Both the position numbers and the translations under genes were made by a program. Of a stretch of DNA of 64,000 nucleotides, positions 1 to 11,292 are shown piece after piece (the stretch's first letter is position 1; every line of letters starts with the position of its first letter). Origin of the DNA: Acaryochloridaceae cyanobacterium VAR_48_metabat_390 (GTDB lineage Bacteria; Cyanobacteriota; Cyanobacteriia; Thermosynechococcales; Thermosynechococcaceae); NCBI GenBank assembly GCA_031422435.1, contig JANPLU010000090.1:23225-87224 (forward strand), in the 5' to 3' direction. The notes under the pieces are model-generated. The model was not told the origin of the DNA, ran no database searches, and saw only the letters and a list, made by a program, of their open reading frames with translations.

Positions 1-229
<229 letters not shown>

Positions 230-1033
230 TTAAGCATCATCTGAATCCATTTCAGATGATGCGTCTGCCGTAGTTTCAATATCCTCCGGTAGCGACGCGA
301 CTTTCACCAACGCATGTCTTAACACCAGCTCTCCTAATGAATATCCTCGGCGCAGCTCTTCAATCACCGTTCCTTCAGGATGCTCATGGGTTGGCTCGCG
401 CATAATTGCGTCATGAAAATTTGGGTCGAAGGGCTGTCCTTCAACCCGCATTGGTGACACCCCAACTCTTTTTAGACAGTCCACAAGCTGTTTATAAACG
501 CCTTGATAGCTCTTGTGAATGTTCACCTCTTCTTCCGTCTGAGGCTTGATATGGGTTCTCGCCCGCTCAAAGCTGTCGATAACAGGAAGCAGCTCGCTAA
601 TAGCATCTCGCTTGACTCGAAGCTCAATTTCGCCTTTCTCCCGCTCTGTACGCTTACGGAAATTGTCAAAATCCGCAGCAATGCGTATACATTGATTGGT
701 TCGCTCTTCTACCTGGAGGCTCAAAGACTCTACCTCCGTCGCAAGCTGCGTCAGCGCATCTGGCTCTCCCTCTAAAGTGGCGGCTCCTGCGGGTTCAAAA
801 TCCGTCCCGGATTGAACCTTAGTATCACGCTCATCTTGAGTTGCCGCAGACGCATCAGTATCAACTGATTGAGATGTCGTCTGCTCAGTTGTGTCGCTGC
901 TCACGCTGGGTTCAGAATGATCCGTATTCATTGCTGTATCGCTTTCCATAAGCTGATCTATGTCGATTTCTCTAGCATCCTCGCTCATCGCAGTTTCAGT
1001 GTGTTGAATCGTTTCGGGTTGGTCGGTACTCAT
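230..1033 (-). CDS. grpE: Nucleotide exchange factor GrpE
   Basis: ADFDNFRKRTERE, LLPVIDSFERA, FDPNFHDA and GY...LRHALVKV motifs; ATG 1033 preferred over the upstream GTG. Confidence 0.96.
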   Translation of the reverse strand: MSTDQPETIQHTETAMSEDAREIDIDQLMESDTAMNTDHSEPSVSSDTTEQTTSQSVDTDASAATQDERDTKVQSGTDFEPAGAATLEGEPDALTQLATEVESLSLQVEERTNQCIRIAADFDNFRKRTEREKGEIELRVKRDAISELLPVIDSFERARTHIKPQTEEEVNIHKSYQGVYKQLVDCLKRVGVSPMRVEGQPFDPNFHDAIMREPTHEHPEGTVIEELRRGYSLGELVLRHALVKVASLPEDIETTADASSEMDSDDA

Positions 1034-1540
1034 GATCTGAAGGTTTCTTGGCCTTGGAGTGGATCTCACTTAACCTTTTCCTATAGCGGTCAGGACCATC
1101 ACTAAGCCCAGGACGTGGTAGAGAATAGGTTTAGGTGTATGTTTTGAATAAGACTGTTAAACCCCATCCATGCTTTCTCTACAGTAACGAAAGAGCAAGG
1201 GTTATAAAGGTTTAGGTCTCAGTTTAGCACTGATGACACCTTTGATTGGGTGGCACGTTGTTGCTTCTCCTGCGTAATATAGCCTGATCAATCTGTAGAT
1301 TGTAGCGGAGACACTTTGCCTTGAAATGGGGGTAGTTTTCGCTCCCTTGCTTATTCTTCCCCAGTTCTTCAGAAATATTCCAATGACATTTTGCTAAAAA
1401 GAGACTTAAAAATGGGAACGATTAAAAGGACTGCAATCTACACGCTTTTTTCTTTCCATTTTTCGCAGTCTTGTTTTGACAAATTAGAATATCCCCTAAC
1501 CACTACATTGCGTCTCTTTTGAGATTTTAGTTGGAGCCTT

Positions 1541-3538
1541 ATGGTCAACTCTTCTTCACGGCGTGCCCTTATTACTCGACAAAGCTTTTCTCCGTTTGGA
1601 AATAAGCTGATTCAGACTGGATATATTGACCAAGAACAGATGCTTCAGGCCTCTGTAGAAAGCCGCCAGTCGGGCAAGTCGCTGGTTGAAGTGCTCCAGG
1701 GGCTAACGGGTCGGGCGCTGCCGCCAGATCTACTGCGCCAGTTCAAACAGCAGCAGCTGTTTGAACTCAAAATTATTTACGGCATTGACTCCCTTGATCC
1801 AGAGGTCAATCAAATTCCGACCGATCAGGTTGGTGACCTGATTGACCGCTACATTCCCCTTGACGTTTGCCGAACCTATGAGCTAATTCCCATCAGCCTC
1901 AATCAGGATGACGATCCACCTACGATGCTGGTGGCGATGGTAAACCCTGACAATTTAGAAGCCCAGGATCGTATCAATCGGTTTTTGCGTCCTGAAAGTA
2001 TTGTGCTGCGTCGAATGGTCATCGCGGCGGATGACTATCAGCAGCTTATTCAGCGCTACCTGGACGAAAACGCCGCGCGGCGCGCCAAGGTCGAAGCGGA
2101 TCAGCTCATGAATATTGATCTAGCCGACGACCTTGAAAGTATTGGCGGCTTTGAAGAGCTATCCATTGACGAAGGCGAAATGGATTTAGGCAATGCTCTT
2201 CAGGAGGCGGAAACAGCACCCATTATTACCCTGGTGAACAAGGTACTGGCAAAAGCTCTTCAGGAAGGGGTTTCGGATATTCACATTGAGCCTCAAGAGG
2301 AAAACCTACGGATTCGGTTTCGTAAGGATGGGGTGTTAGGGTATGCATTCCCCCCCCTGCCGAGAAAAATTATCTCGGCGGTGATTTCACGGTTCAAGAT
2401 TATTGCGGAGCTGGACATTGCAGAGCGGCGTCAGCCCCAAGATGGTCGAATTCGGCGTCTATTTCAGGGACGCAAGGTTGACTTTCGGGTCAGTACGCTC
2501 CCGAGCCGCTTTGGCGAAAAGGTGGTTCTGCGGATTCTGGACAATTCTTCAACGCAGCTGGGTCTCGATAAACTCATTACCGATCCAGAAAGTTTAGAAA
2601 TTGTTCGAGACATGGTCAGCCGCCCCTTTGGGCTGGTTCTGGTTACAGGGCCGACAGGTTCTGGGAAAACGACGACGCTGTACTCGGCGCTCGCTGAATG
2701 TAATGATCCGGGCAAAAATATTAGTACGGCGGAAGATCCCATTGAGTATACGCTGCCTGGATTGACCCAGGTGCAGGTCATTCGGGACAAGGGGATGGAC
2801 TTCGCCTCGATTCTGCGGGCATTTCTGCGGCAGGATCCAGACGTTATTCTGGTGGGTGAGACTCGTGATAAAGAGACGGCTAAGACGGCAATTGAGGCGG
2901 CGTTAACGGGTCACTTGGTTTTGACAACGCTGCACACCAATGACGCGGCTAGTGCGATCGCCCGTCTATCCGAAATGGACGTTGAGCCATTCATGGTTTC
3001 GGCTTCTTTAATTGGTGTGGTTGCCCAGCGACTGGTGCGTCGCGTCTGCACCGAGTGTAGAATACCCTACCAGCCTTCACCGACTGACCTCTCTCGTTTC
3101 GGCCTGTCTGCATCCGCAGGCACAGAGATTACGTTTTACCGTGCCAATACCCTCTCACCCGATGAAATTCAGGCGAGTCGCTCGGTTTGCTCCAAATGTA
3201 ATGGCATTGGCTACAAGGGTCGCGTCGGGGTCTATGAGATTATGCGCATCACCGAAACGCTTCAGAGTTTCATTACAGAAGGCGCACCCACGGAGCGAAT
3301 TAAAGAAGTGGCCGTTGAGGAAGGCATGATAACGCTTCTGGCCTACAGTCTCAACTTGGTCAAACGCGGCGAAACAACCCTTGATGAAGTTGAGCGCGTC
3401 ACCTTTACAGACTCTGGTTTAGAGGCTGAGCTAAAGGCGCGGCGAAAGACCTCTCTCACCTGTCGCGTTTGCAGCGCAGACGTAAAACAGGAGTGGCTTG
3501 ACTGCCCGTATTGCATGACGCCTCGATTTGAAGAATAG
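1541..3538 (+). CDS. pilB: Type IV pilus assembly ATPase PilB with cyanobacterial C-terminal Cys4 extension
   Basis: GPTGSGKTT Walker A, LRQDPDVILVGETRD, LTTLHTNDA; ends CRVC...CPYC; followed by pilT and pilC. Confidence 0.96.
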   Translation: MVNSSSRRALITRQSFSPFGNKLIQTGYIDQEQMLQASVESRQSGKSLVEVLQGLTGRALPPDLLRQFKQQQLFELKIIYGIDSLDPEVNQIPTDQVGDLIDRYIPLDVCRTYELIPISLNQDDDPPTMLVAMVNPDNLEAQDRINRFLRPESIVLRRMVIAADDYQQLIQRYLDENAARRAKVEADQLMNIDLADDLESIGGFEELSIDEGEMDLGNALQEAETAPIITLVNKVLAKALQEGVSDIHIEPQEENLRIRFRKDGVLGYAFPPLPRKIISAVISRFKIIAELDIAERRQPQDGRIRRLFQGRKVDFRVSTLPSRFGEKVVLRILDNSSTQLGLDKLITDPESLEIVRDMVSRPFGLVLVTGPTGSGKTTTLYSALAECNDPGKNISTAEDPIEYTLPGLTQVQVIRDKGMDFASILRAFLRQDPDVILVGETRDKETAKTAIEAALTGHLVLTTLHTNDAASAIARLSEMDVEPFMVSASLIGVVAQRLVRRVCTECRIPYQPSPTDLSRFGLSASAGTEITFYRANTLSPDEIQASRSVCSKCNGIGYKGRVGVYEIMRITETLQSFITEGAPTERIKEVAVEEGMITLLAYSLNLVKRGETTLDEVERVTFTDSGLEAELKARRKTSLTCRVCSADVKQEWLDCPYCMTPRFEE

Positions 3539-3609
3539 CGCAATTTTACAGGGTCTATTAAGACAGGGTCTATCAACAACTTAACGGCACAACTGGGGAT
3601 TTTACGTTC

Positions 3610-4731
3610 ATGGAATACATGATTGAAGACTTGATGGAAGAAGTGGTGGAGCGGGGCGGTTCTGACCTCCACGTTTCGGCAGGGCTACCACCCTACATTC
3701 GAGTCAACGGAAAGCTAACGCCCACAGATCGCGATCCGCTGTCGGCAGAGCAGTGCCAAAGGCTGATCTTTAGTATGCTCAACAATACCCAGCGCAAAAA
3801 TCTAGAGCAAAACTGGGAGCTAGACTGCTCCTACGGCGTTCGGGGTTTGGCACGCTTTCGGGTCAATGTCTATAAAGATCGCGGTACCTATGCGGCGGCA
3901 CTACGGGCGCTTAGCTCTAAAATTCCGACCATCGAAACCCTGGGTCTACCAAACATTGTGCGGGAAATGTCAGAAAAGCCACGGGGCTTGATTTTGGTTA
4001 CAGGGCCGACGGGTTCTGGGAAGTCTACGACCCTGGCTTCGATGATTAACAATATTAATGTGACCCGAGCGGAACACATTTTAACCATTGAAGACCCCAT
4101 TGAATTTGTCTACGAACCCGTCAAAAGCGTAATCCACCAGCGGCAGGTGGGAGAAGACACTCGCAGTTTCTCTAATGCGCTACGGGCGGCACTGCGTGAA
4201 GACCCAGATGTGGTGCTTGTGGGTGAGTTACGAGATTTAGAAACCATTCAGCTTGCTATTACCGCCGCAGAAACGGGTCACTTAGTGTTTGGGACGCTCC
4301 ACACCAGCTCTGCCTCTCAAACCGTAGACCGGATGGTGGATGTGTTCCCTCCAGAGCAGCAGACCCAGGTGCGCGTTCAGCTCTCAGGCTCTTTGGTGGC
4401 GGTGTTTAGCCAGACGCTGGTACCTCGCAAGAATGTGAAGCCTGGTGAATATGGTCGAACCCTCGCTCAAGAAATTATGGTGGTCACTCCGGCGATCGCC
4501 AACTTAATCCGAGAAGGCAAAACGGCACAGATTTACTCCGCCATCCAAACAGGAGGCAAGCTTGGCATGATCACGCTAGAGAAGGTTTTAGCTGAGCTAT
4601 ATCGCGCGGGCACTATTTCCTTTGAGTCTGCCGTCTCCAAGACGTCTCGACCAGATGAGCTACAGCGACTGATGGGGGCAGGGCCTGTGGGGGCAAATGA
4701 TATGGCTGGTGCAAACCTTCGCCGACATTAG
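3610..4731 (+). CDS. pilT: Type IV pilus retraction ATPase PilT
   Basis: GPTGSGKSTT, LREDPDVVLVGELRD, GTLHTSSA and AIANLIRE motifs. Confidence 0.96.
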   Translation: MEYMIEDLMEEVVERGGSDLHVSAGLPPYIRVNGKLTPTDRDPLSAEQCQRLIFSMLNNTQRKNLEQNWELDCSYGVRGLARFRVNVYKDRGTYAAALRALSSKIPTIETLGLPNIVREMSEKPRGLILVTGPTGSGKSTTLASMINNINVTRAEHILTIEDPIEFVYEPVKSVIHQRQVGEDTRSFSNALRAALREDPDVVLVGELRDLETIQLAITAAETGHLVFGTLHTSSASQTVDRMVDVFPPEQQTQVRVQLSGSLVAVFSQTLVPRKNVKPGEYGRTLAQEIMVVTPAIANLIREGKTAQIYSAIQTGGKLGMITLEKVLAELYRAGTISFESAVSKTSRPDELQRLMGAGPVGANDMAGANLRRH

Positions 4732-4854
4732 CCTTTAGCGGTACGCAAGGCTCCACTCTGTTCTAAGTTCAACCCCAAATTGTTTGTCATTCCTACTTTC
4801 CAAAATTCCTTCTCTTACACCTGTTCTGTTGATAAGCGCTAAGAGTATTTAGAT

Positions 4855-6081
4855 ATGCCTACCTACGTTGTTCGTGCCAAAAATTCTGTTGGAAAAAGCA
4901 GTAGTCAAAAAGTTACTGCAAACTCTCTCAAGGAGGCCCGCACGACCATCCAGCGTCAGGGGCTTCAGGTTACGGATGTCAAAGAAGATCAGGGTCTTAA
5001 GATTGACGGCAATTTTGAGCTTAACCTCGATTTTTTAGGCTCTATTAAGGTCAAGGACAAAGCAATCTTTTCGCGGCAGTTTGCGGCGCTTGTCAACGCT
5101 GGCGTTGCAATGGTGCGCGGTCTTGGCGTCATGGCAGACCAATGTACCAATCCAAAGCTTAAGAAAGTTTTGCTTCAGGTCAATGCGGATGTGCAGCAGG
5201 GTATGAGTCTGTCAGAAGCAATGCGATCGCATCCTGAGGCGTTTGATGAGCTGTACGTCGCCATGATTCAGGCAGGGGAAACAGGCGGGGTATTGGACGA
5301 AACCCTCAATCGACTCTCCAAGCTCCTAGAAGATCAAACCCGACTGAACAATCAGATTAAGTCTGCTTTGGCCTACCCAGTAGTCGTAACCTTCATTGCA
5401 GTCACGATTTTCTTTGGCATGGTGATTTTCTTGATTCCAGTCTTTGATGGGATCTTTAAGCAGCTTGGAGGTCAACTGCCCGTCTTTACTCAAATACTTG
5501 TAAACCTGAGCGTCTTCTTACGAACGCCGCAGTATGCGATTACCTTTATCGTCTTTATTGGGGGAGGCATTTTTGGCCTTAAGCAATATTACAAAACCCG
5601 TACAGGCCGCGAAACCATTGACCGACTTTCTCTAAAAGTTCCTCTCTTTGGCGATCTGATTCAAAAAACGGCTGTGGCTCGATTTTGCCGAACCTTTGGG
5701 TCTTTGTCTCGCTCTGGCGTACCCATTCTACAGGCGTTAGAAATTGTGCGAGACACCGCAGGCAACCAAATTATCTCTAATGCGGTGGATGAAGCCCGTC
5801 GAGAGGTTCAAGGCGGCGGAATGCTTAGTTTGGCCTTACAGAGAGAAAAAGTCTTTCCGGTTCTGGCAACCCAGATGATTAACGTTGGGGAAGAAACAGG
5901 GGAAATTGATAAAATGCTCATGAAGGTCGCAGATTTCTACGAGGACGAAGTAGAGCAGGCCGTCAAAGCCATGACGAGCATTATGGAACCCATTATGATC
6001 GTGCTGCTCGGGGGCATGGTTGGGTCTATCCTCGTAGCAATGTATTTACCCATGTTCCAAGTCTTTGAACTGGTCAAGTAG
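4855..6081 (+). CDS. pilC: Type IV pilus platform protein PilC (T2SS F family)
   Basis: FSRQFAALVNAGV, AGETGGVLD, GEETGEID and AMYLPMF motifs; pilBTC order. Confidence 0.95.
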   Translation: MPTYVVRAKNSVGKSSSQKVTANSLKEARTTIQRQGLQVTDVKEDQGLKIDGNFELNLDFLGSIKVKDKAIFSRQFAALVNAGVAMVRGLGVMADQCTNPKLKKVLLQVNADVQQGMSLSEAMRSHPEAFDELYVAMIQAGETGGVLDETLNRLSKLLEDQTRLNNQIKSALAYPVVVTFIAVTIFFGMVIFLIPVFDGIFKQLGGQLPVFTQILVNLSVFLRTPQYAITFIVFIGGGIFGLKQYYKTRTGRETIDRLSLKVPLFGDLIQKTAVARFCRTFGSLSRSGVPILQALEIVRDTAGNQIISNAVDEARREVQGGGMLSLALQREKVFPVLATQMINVGEETGEIDKMLMKVADFYEDEVEQAVKAMTSIMEPIMIVLLGGMVGSILVAMYLPMFQVFELVK

Positions 6082-6192
6082 GCGAATCAGTCGCTTCTGC
6101 AAACTATCCTTAAGACATAGCCTTAATCATTAGCCTAGCTATTGGCATCACTGGATGCTTACAATAACAACCATGTATTGAGATGGGCTGCT

Positions 6193-6786
6193 GTGACTCA
6201 GGATTCGTTTGGGAATAATCTACCAGCGCGCTTTACGAAGCGCTTAGGGACTATACCCACCTATTATGAGCTACTTGATCTGCCTTGTTCTGCAACGGCA
6301 GATCAGGTTCGTAGAGCCTATCGAAGTAAAAGCAAACTCTATCATCCTGACACGACCGCTTTACCGCCGGAAGCCGCAGGCCAAAAGTTTCGTGAGCTAA
6401 AGGACGCTTATGCGGTCTTAAATAATCCTGAGCGCCGTGCAGCTTACGATACGGGACAGCAGGCAGAATTGAGTTCTGCGCAACGTCATGAATCGGGTTC
6501 TCAAGATAGTCGCTTTAGGGGTTCAGCCTCGGCATACTTAGATCCGAAAGAAAGGTCTTTATCGCCAGGTGAAATTTTTGCGGTGTTCCTTTTGGGCATC
6601 ACGTTTCTAATTTGCCTTGTGCTAGCCATTATCTTAGGCATTGCGAGGGGCGAAATGGTTGTTCAAACGGCTGCTCCCATAAACCTTTCTCTAAAATCAC
6701 CGTTGTTAAAAGAACAGCAGCTTAAAATATCTGTAAGGGCGCAACGCCCAGACCTCACTACAGCCGACCGGAAGACTAAGACTTAG
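6193..6786 (+). CDS. J-domain membrane protein (type III DnaJ-like)
   Basis: TYYELL...YRSKSKLYHPD J-domain and one TM segment; start uncertain (GTG 6193 or TTG 6142). Confidence 0.85.
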   Translation: MTQDSFGNNLPARFTKRLGTIPTYYELLDLPCSATADQVRRAYRSKSKLYHPDTTALPPEAAGQKFRELKDAYAVLNNPERRAAYDTGQQAELSSAQRHESGSQDSRFRGSASAYLDPKERSLSPGEIFAVFLLGITFLICLVLAIILGIARGEMVVQTAAPINLSLKSPLLKEQQLKISVRAQRPDLTTADRKTKT

Positions 6787-6817
6787 CATTGATTTAGCGC
6801 ACCACTATAGCATTAGC

Positions 6818-7096
6818 ATGAATTCTTCTTTACCCATCCCCGAAACTCCGCTCTACAACCACACACTGCCAGATATTGAGCAATGGCTAAGGGCACGAGG
6901 CTGTGAGCGAGACGTTGAGCAACTTCATCTTTGGCATCTGACTAGCACAACTTGGTCAGCCGAAATTCGATTAGACATTGAAGAGCTTTCAATTCTATAT
7001 GACGAACCCCAGCGTCAGGCGCTGAACGTTCGCAGAACCTTTAAGTATTCTCTGAGCCGCCAAGATATTGAAGACGCGATTTTGGCAGGGCCTTAA
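6818..7096 (+). CDS. DUF3143-family conserved cyanobacterial protein
   Basis: TPLYNHTLPDIEQWL and FKYSLSRQDIEDAILAGP motifs; usual partner of the J-domain gene. Confidence 0.85.
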   Translation: MNSSLPIPETPLYNHTLPDIEQWLRARGCERDVEQLHLWHLTSTTWSAEIRLDIEELSILYDEPQRQALNVRRTFKYSLSRQDIEDAILAGP

Positions 7097-7138
7097 TTCT
7101 ACTTTTATCTAGGGAAAGCTGGGTGGCGGTTGCTGCTG

Positions 7139-7891
7139 CTATTTCACTTTGCCAAATCGACGGTGCCGCTGCTGGTAATCTTGCAGCGCTTTATGAAAGG
7201 CTTCTCGGTCAAAATCAGGCCATAGCGTATGAGTAACGTAGAGTTCGGCGTAGGCCACTTGCCACAGTAAAAAGTTGCTCACGCGCATTTCGCCACTGGT
7301 GCGGATTAGCAGGTCTGGGTGGCTAATACCCTTGGTGTACAGATGCTGCTCAAAAATGCCTTCGTCAATCTCTGCGGCGCTGAGTTCGCCGAGCTGGACT
7401 TTTTGGGCGATCGCCCGACAGGCTTCCAAGATTTCTCGACGACCACCATAGTTGGTCGCCACCACAAATTTAATCTTTGTATTGTGTTGGGTTGCCACCA
7501 TCGCACGGTCAATTTCTTCCTGGAGTGACTTGGGCAGCGCCTGTAGGTCGCCCACAAAATGAATCTGCACCCCTTCCTCAATCATTTCTTTAAGTTCTCG
7601 CCGAAGCACCCGCTCAAATAGCGTCATTAAAAAATCGACTTCGGTTAATGGGCGACCCCAATTTTCAGTTGAGAACGCATAGGCCGTCAGTGCCTCAATG
7701 CCCCAATCTTTACAGCAGCGCAAAATTTCCTTGAGGGCATCTACCCCTCGCCGATGGCCCATAAAGCGAGGCTGCCCTTGCTGCTGCGCCCAACGTCCAT
7801 TGCCATCCATAATGACCGCAACGTGCTTGGGCAGACGCAGTACATCAAGATCATTGGGCAGGCTATTGAGTACGGCTGGGTTCACGGTCAT
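7139..7891 (-). CDS. uppS: Undecaprenyl diphosphate synthase (isoprenyl transferase)
   Basis: [20 protein letters not shown] and [19 protein letters not shown] motifs. Confidence 0.97.
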   Translation of the reverse strand: MTVNPAVLNSLPNDLDVLRLPKHVAVIMDGNGRWAQQQGQPRFMGHRRGVDALKEILRCCKDWGIEALTAYAFSTENWGRPLTEVDFLMTLFERVLRRELKEMIEEGVQIHFVGDLQALPKSLQEEIDRAMVATQHNTKIKFVVATNYGGRREILEACRAIAQKVQLGELSAAEIDEGIFEQHLYTKGISHPDLLIRTSGEMRVSNFLLWQVAYAELYVTHTLWPDFDREAFHKALQDYQQRHRRFGKVK

Positions 7892-8805
7892 GTTTTCTTA
7901 CGAGTGACGAAAAAATTTAGAAGACGTGACAGTAAGCCTACGCTCTTCTTTGTAAATCGCTGTAAAAACCGAGGCAGTCCTGACGTTACCACTTCACGGT
8001 CTATGGAAAATGTGAGTCGTTTTTCTAGTAGCTCTCTCAGTTTACTGCTAGTCAATGGACGATTTAAGACTCCTCTCTCGGCAAGAGAGATAGATCCAGT
8101 CTCTTCAGAAACGACAATGCAAAGGCAGTTATTGACCCGTTCGGTAATGCCCATGGCAGCTCGGTGACGGGTGCCCAACTGCCGCGAGGCATCTCGGTCT
8201 GAAATGGGCAGAATAATGCCTGCTGCCACAATCTTAGACCCTCGGATCAAGACGGCTCCATCATGGAGAAGCGTCGTTGTTTGGAAAAGCGTCTGCAAAA
8301 TTTCCCGCGACACTTCGGCATTCAGCCGCACCCCTGGCACCGAAAAGTCTCGCTCATCCACGGGCGTGTTAGTGGTCTCCACCATCAGCAGCGCCCCCGT
8401 CCGGCTTTGAGATAGGTCTCGAATGGCATCCACAATTTCATCAATGACGCTATTTGAACCGAGCGTTGCCCTTTGACTAGGCTTCAGTAGATTGAGTAAT
8501 TCTCCTCGACCCAACTGCTCTAAAAAGCGGCGCACCTCAGACTGCAAAATGACAGCCATCGCCACCGCAGAGCCAATCACAAGGTTATTGAGCACAAAAC
8601 TCAGAAGCGTCAACTGAAGCCGCTGACTGATTGCAGCCGCCAGCATCAAAAAGATAAACCCACGCACCATCCAAAGCGTCCGGCGCTCTGCAATCACGAG
8701 CAGCACAATATAGGTCAGCGCGAGAACTAGGCCAACATCAGTCATCAGCAAAAACAAAGACTGAGTCCATTGATGGTCAGACAGCCATTGCTTTAGCGCT
8801 TCCAT
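7888..8805 (-). CDS. cdaA: Diadenylate cyclase CdaA/DacA
   Basis: N-terminal TM helices, LHDGA and LGTRHRAA motifs; conserved lysA-cdaA-uppS order with ATGA overlap. Confidence 0.95.
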   Translation of the reverse strand: MEALKQWLSDHQWTQSLFLLMTDVGLVLALTYIVLLVIAERRTLWMVRGFIFLMLAAAISQRLQLTLLSFVLNNLVIGSAVAMAVILQSEVRRFLEQLGRGELLNLLKPSQRATLGSNSVIDEIVDAIRDLSQSRTGALLMVETTNTPVDERDFSVPGVRLNAEVSREILQTLFQTTTLLHDGAVLIRGSKIVAAGIILPISDRDASRQLGTRHRAAMGITERVNNCLCIVVSEETGSISLAERGVLNRPLTSSKLRELLEKRLTFSIDREVVTSGLPRFLQRFTKKSVGLLSRLLNFFVTRKKT

Positions 8806-8932
8806 GATTGGGGCTTAACCTTTTGCGCGCGATGGAATCGAAACGATAGAACTGAACTTCTCCCTTTTGTTTCAAGGCCGTTAAGTTCAAGGTGATGGGG
8901 GAGATCAAATTGAACCAAACTGTATAACGAAG

Positions 8933-10330
8933 CTACCGCAGTCTTTCGGGAAGACAGTCTTGACGAATTAAATCATCATTAGTTTCTCGCCGTAAAATGA
9001 GGCTTGCTTCTCCATCATTAACCAAAACTGCCGCAGGTCGCGGGATCCGGTTATAGTTGGAGGCCATACTGTAGTTATAGGCTCCAGTATCCATCACCAC
9101 CAGAATATCTCCTGGCACACAATCTGGCAGTTGGGCACTTTTCAAGAGAATATCGCCTGATTCACAGTGTTTTCCGGCAACTGTGACCGTTTCTGTCGCG
9201 TCGTCCCGCATTCGATTGGCGACCACGGCACGATACTCAGACTGGTAGGTGATGGGCCTAGGGTTGTCTGACATGCCGCCGTCTATAGAAATGTACGTGC
9301 GGATGCCTGGAACGGTTTTCTTGCTGCCAATTCGATAGGCTGTGATGCAGGCGGTTCCAATGAGCGATCGCCCTGGTTCGCACAGCAGCTTAGGTAGTGG
9401 GAGTGATCGCGCGGCGCAGGCTACGGCAACGCCCGTCCCAATTACCTTGCACCAGTCGTCAATGCTGGGGGGGTCATCAGACTCTGTGTACCGAATGCCT
9501 AAACCACCGCCCACATTCAGTTCCGTCATGGGTAGCCCTAACGCCTGAGCCTCCATGAGCAAATCCACAATCACCCCCGTGAGATCTTGGTGGGGCTGTA
9601 GCTCAAAAATTTGGGAGCCAATATGGGCATGTAGCCCCACCCACTGAATTGCAGGGTGCTGCTGGGCAAATTGAAAGACCTCGGCAAGCTGGTTGGGGTC
9701 AAAGCCAAATTTGCTGTCTAAGTGCCCTGTTCTAATATATTCGTGGGTATGGCACTCAATGCCTGGGGTAATTCGCAGCATGACCCGAAGGGGTTGCCCT
9801 TCATGAGATTGAGCGATTTGAACTAAGTTTTCTAACTCTAGCCAGTTATCGGCGATCACCGTTACGCCTGTCTCAACGGCGTACTTCAGCTCTTCAACCG
9901 ACTTGTTGTTGCCGTGTAGATAAATATCTTGAGGTGCAACACCTGCCTGGATTCCGGTGTATAGCTCACCGCCAGACACAACGTCTAGCCCCAGCCCTTC
10001 GCTATTCACTACGGCACAAACTGCCACGCAGCTCCAGGCTTTGGAGGCATACAGCACCTGAGAAACGCCAGCATAGTGCTGACTCAGCCCTTGACGATAC
10101 TGCTGAGCCGCCGTTCTGAGGGTTGCCTCATCGAGGATATAGAGCGGTGAACCGAACTGTTCTACTAAATCGGGGACGCTGCACCCTCCCACCTCAAGAC
10201 TGTCTCCATTGACACGGGCGCTGAGGGGCAGTAGCTGCTGATTGGGAGAGGGGGCTGCCGCTGAAGACTGGTGCAGACCCAAGAAGTCTGCACCACTTAA
10301 AAGACGCTCTGGATTTTGAACCGCTACCAT
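8933..10330 (-). CDS. lysA: Diaminopimelate decarboxylase
   Basis: YASKA PLP lysine, HAHIGSQI, EPGRSL, GKHCESGD and GAYNYSMASNYN motifs. Confidence 0.97.
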   Translation of the reverse strand: MVAVQNPERLLSGADFLGLHQSSAAAPSPNQQLLPLSARVNGDSLEVGGCSVPDLVEQFGSPLYILDEATLRTAAQQYRQGLSQHYAGVSQVLYASKAWSCVAVCAVVNSEGLGLDVVSGGELYTGIQAGVAPQDIYLHGNNKSVEELKYAVETGVTVIADNWLELENLVQIAQSHEGQPLRVMLRITPGIECHTHEYIRTGHLDSKFGFDPNQLAEVFQFAQQHPAIQWVGLHAHIGSQIFELQPHQDLTGVIVDLLMEAQALGLPMTELNVGGGLGIRYTESDDPPSIDDWCKVIGTGVAVACAARSLPLPKLLCEPGRSLIGTACITAYRIGSKKTVPGIRTYISIDGGMSDNPRPITYQSEYRAVVANRMRDDATETVTVAGKHCESGDILLKSAQLPDCVPGDILVVMDTGAYNYSMASNYNRIPRPAAVLVNDGEASLILRRETNDDLIRQDCLPERLR

Positions 10331-10510
10331 AGGGCTGAATTAAGCTAACGATGAGGACTGGGCTGCAAGGGTATCAAAAAAGTTGTGGGCTGTTTTCACT
10401 CGCCTTCAATCGGCTCGCACAGGCACTTAACCTTAATACCCCAGTGTACAATTTGACGGTTCTGGATGCATTGCTTCTTTTTGCGTCAAGCACCATTTTT
10501 AGGCAAAATT

Positions 10511-11038
10511 ATGTCATTCGTGCTTCAGCCGCTTCCTGAATCACTCTTAAGCTCGGCAGTGGAGCTGGATCAGATGGTTCTGGGTGGATTCTGGAGTCTC
10601 CAGTCTTACCAAGAAGAGCTTAATCGAGGGAGCAGTGATTTATTGGGGTTATGGGCAGTGCCGTCGCTTCAGCATCCGCCGCTGCTGGCGGTAGGGTGTG
10701 CCTGGACGATCTTGGATGAGGCGCACATTATATTGATGGCGGTGCATCCTCAGTATCGAAGACAGGGCTTTGGGGTTGGAATGCTGCTGAAGCTGCTGAG
10801 CTTAGCGCGCCATCGCGGTATGAAGTACGCCACGTTAGAAGTTAGGGCATCAAATGAAGCGGCGATCGCCCTCTACACAAAGCTAGGATTTACGTCCGTG
10901 GGCAAGCGCCCCAAGTACTACGCAGATAACGATGAAGACGCCCTGGTCATGTGGCGATCGGGGCTACAGCTGCCTGAGTTTGGTGAACAGATAGAGGCGG
11001 ATTGGGCCGCAGCTCAGCGCCAGTGGCAGTACATCTAA
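10511..11038 (+). CDS. rimI: Ribosomal protein S18 alanine N-acetyltransferase (GNAT)
   Basis: DEAHI..MAVHPQYRRQG, LEVRASN and GF..VGKRPKYY..EDALVMW motifs; usual lysA-rimI-clpC context. Confidence 0.9.
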   Translation: MSFVLQPLPESLLSSAVELDQMVLGGFWSLQSYQEELNRGSSDLLGLWAVPSLQHPPLLAVGCAWTILDEAHIILMAVHPQYRRQGFGVGMLLKLLSLARHRGMKYATLEVRASNEAAIALYTKLGFTSVGKRPKYYADNDEDALVMWRSGLQLPEFGEQIEADWAAAQRQWQYI

Positions 11039-11292
11039 GCGGATTGTAGTAATATCACGGCAGAGAAAGGGTAAAACCCGTGCTTCATCTGCCCTATCAA
11101 TCTCCCCTTTCTCGTTCAAGTACATCTACAATAAGTTATTAAGCTGTTGTTAATGTTTCGCTTCATCAAGCTTCCCCACTTTTGGAAATTGAGGGCGCCG
11201 CATTAAGCACCTAAACCCCTAGGGACAGGCTCATTTGAATATTTTTCTCTGTGTTAAAATCGGGTTTACCAGCAGGTAGTGAGATAAAGGCC

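Noticed and set aside
1224..1250. CIRCE operator upstream of grpE-dnaK
   Set aside because: Only a left-half-like TTAGCACTG is present; the right half GAGTGCTAA is absent at the 9-nt spacing.
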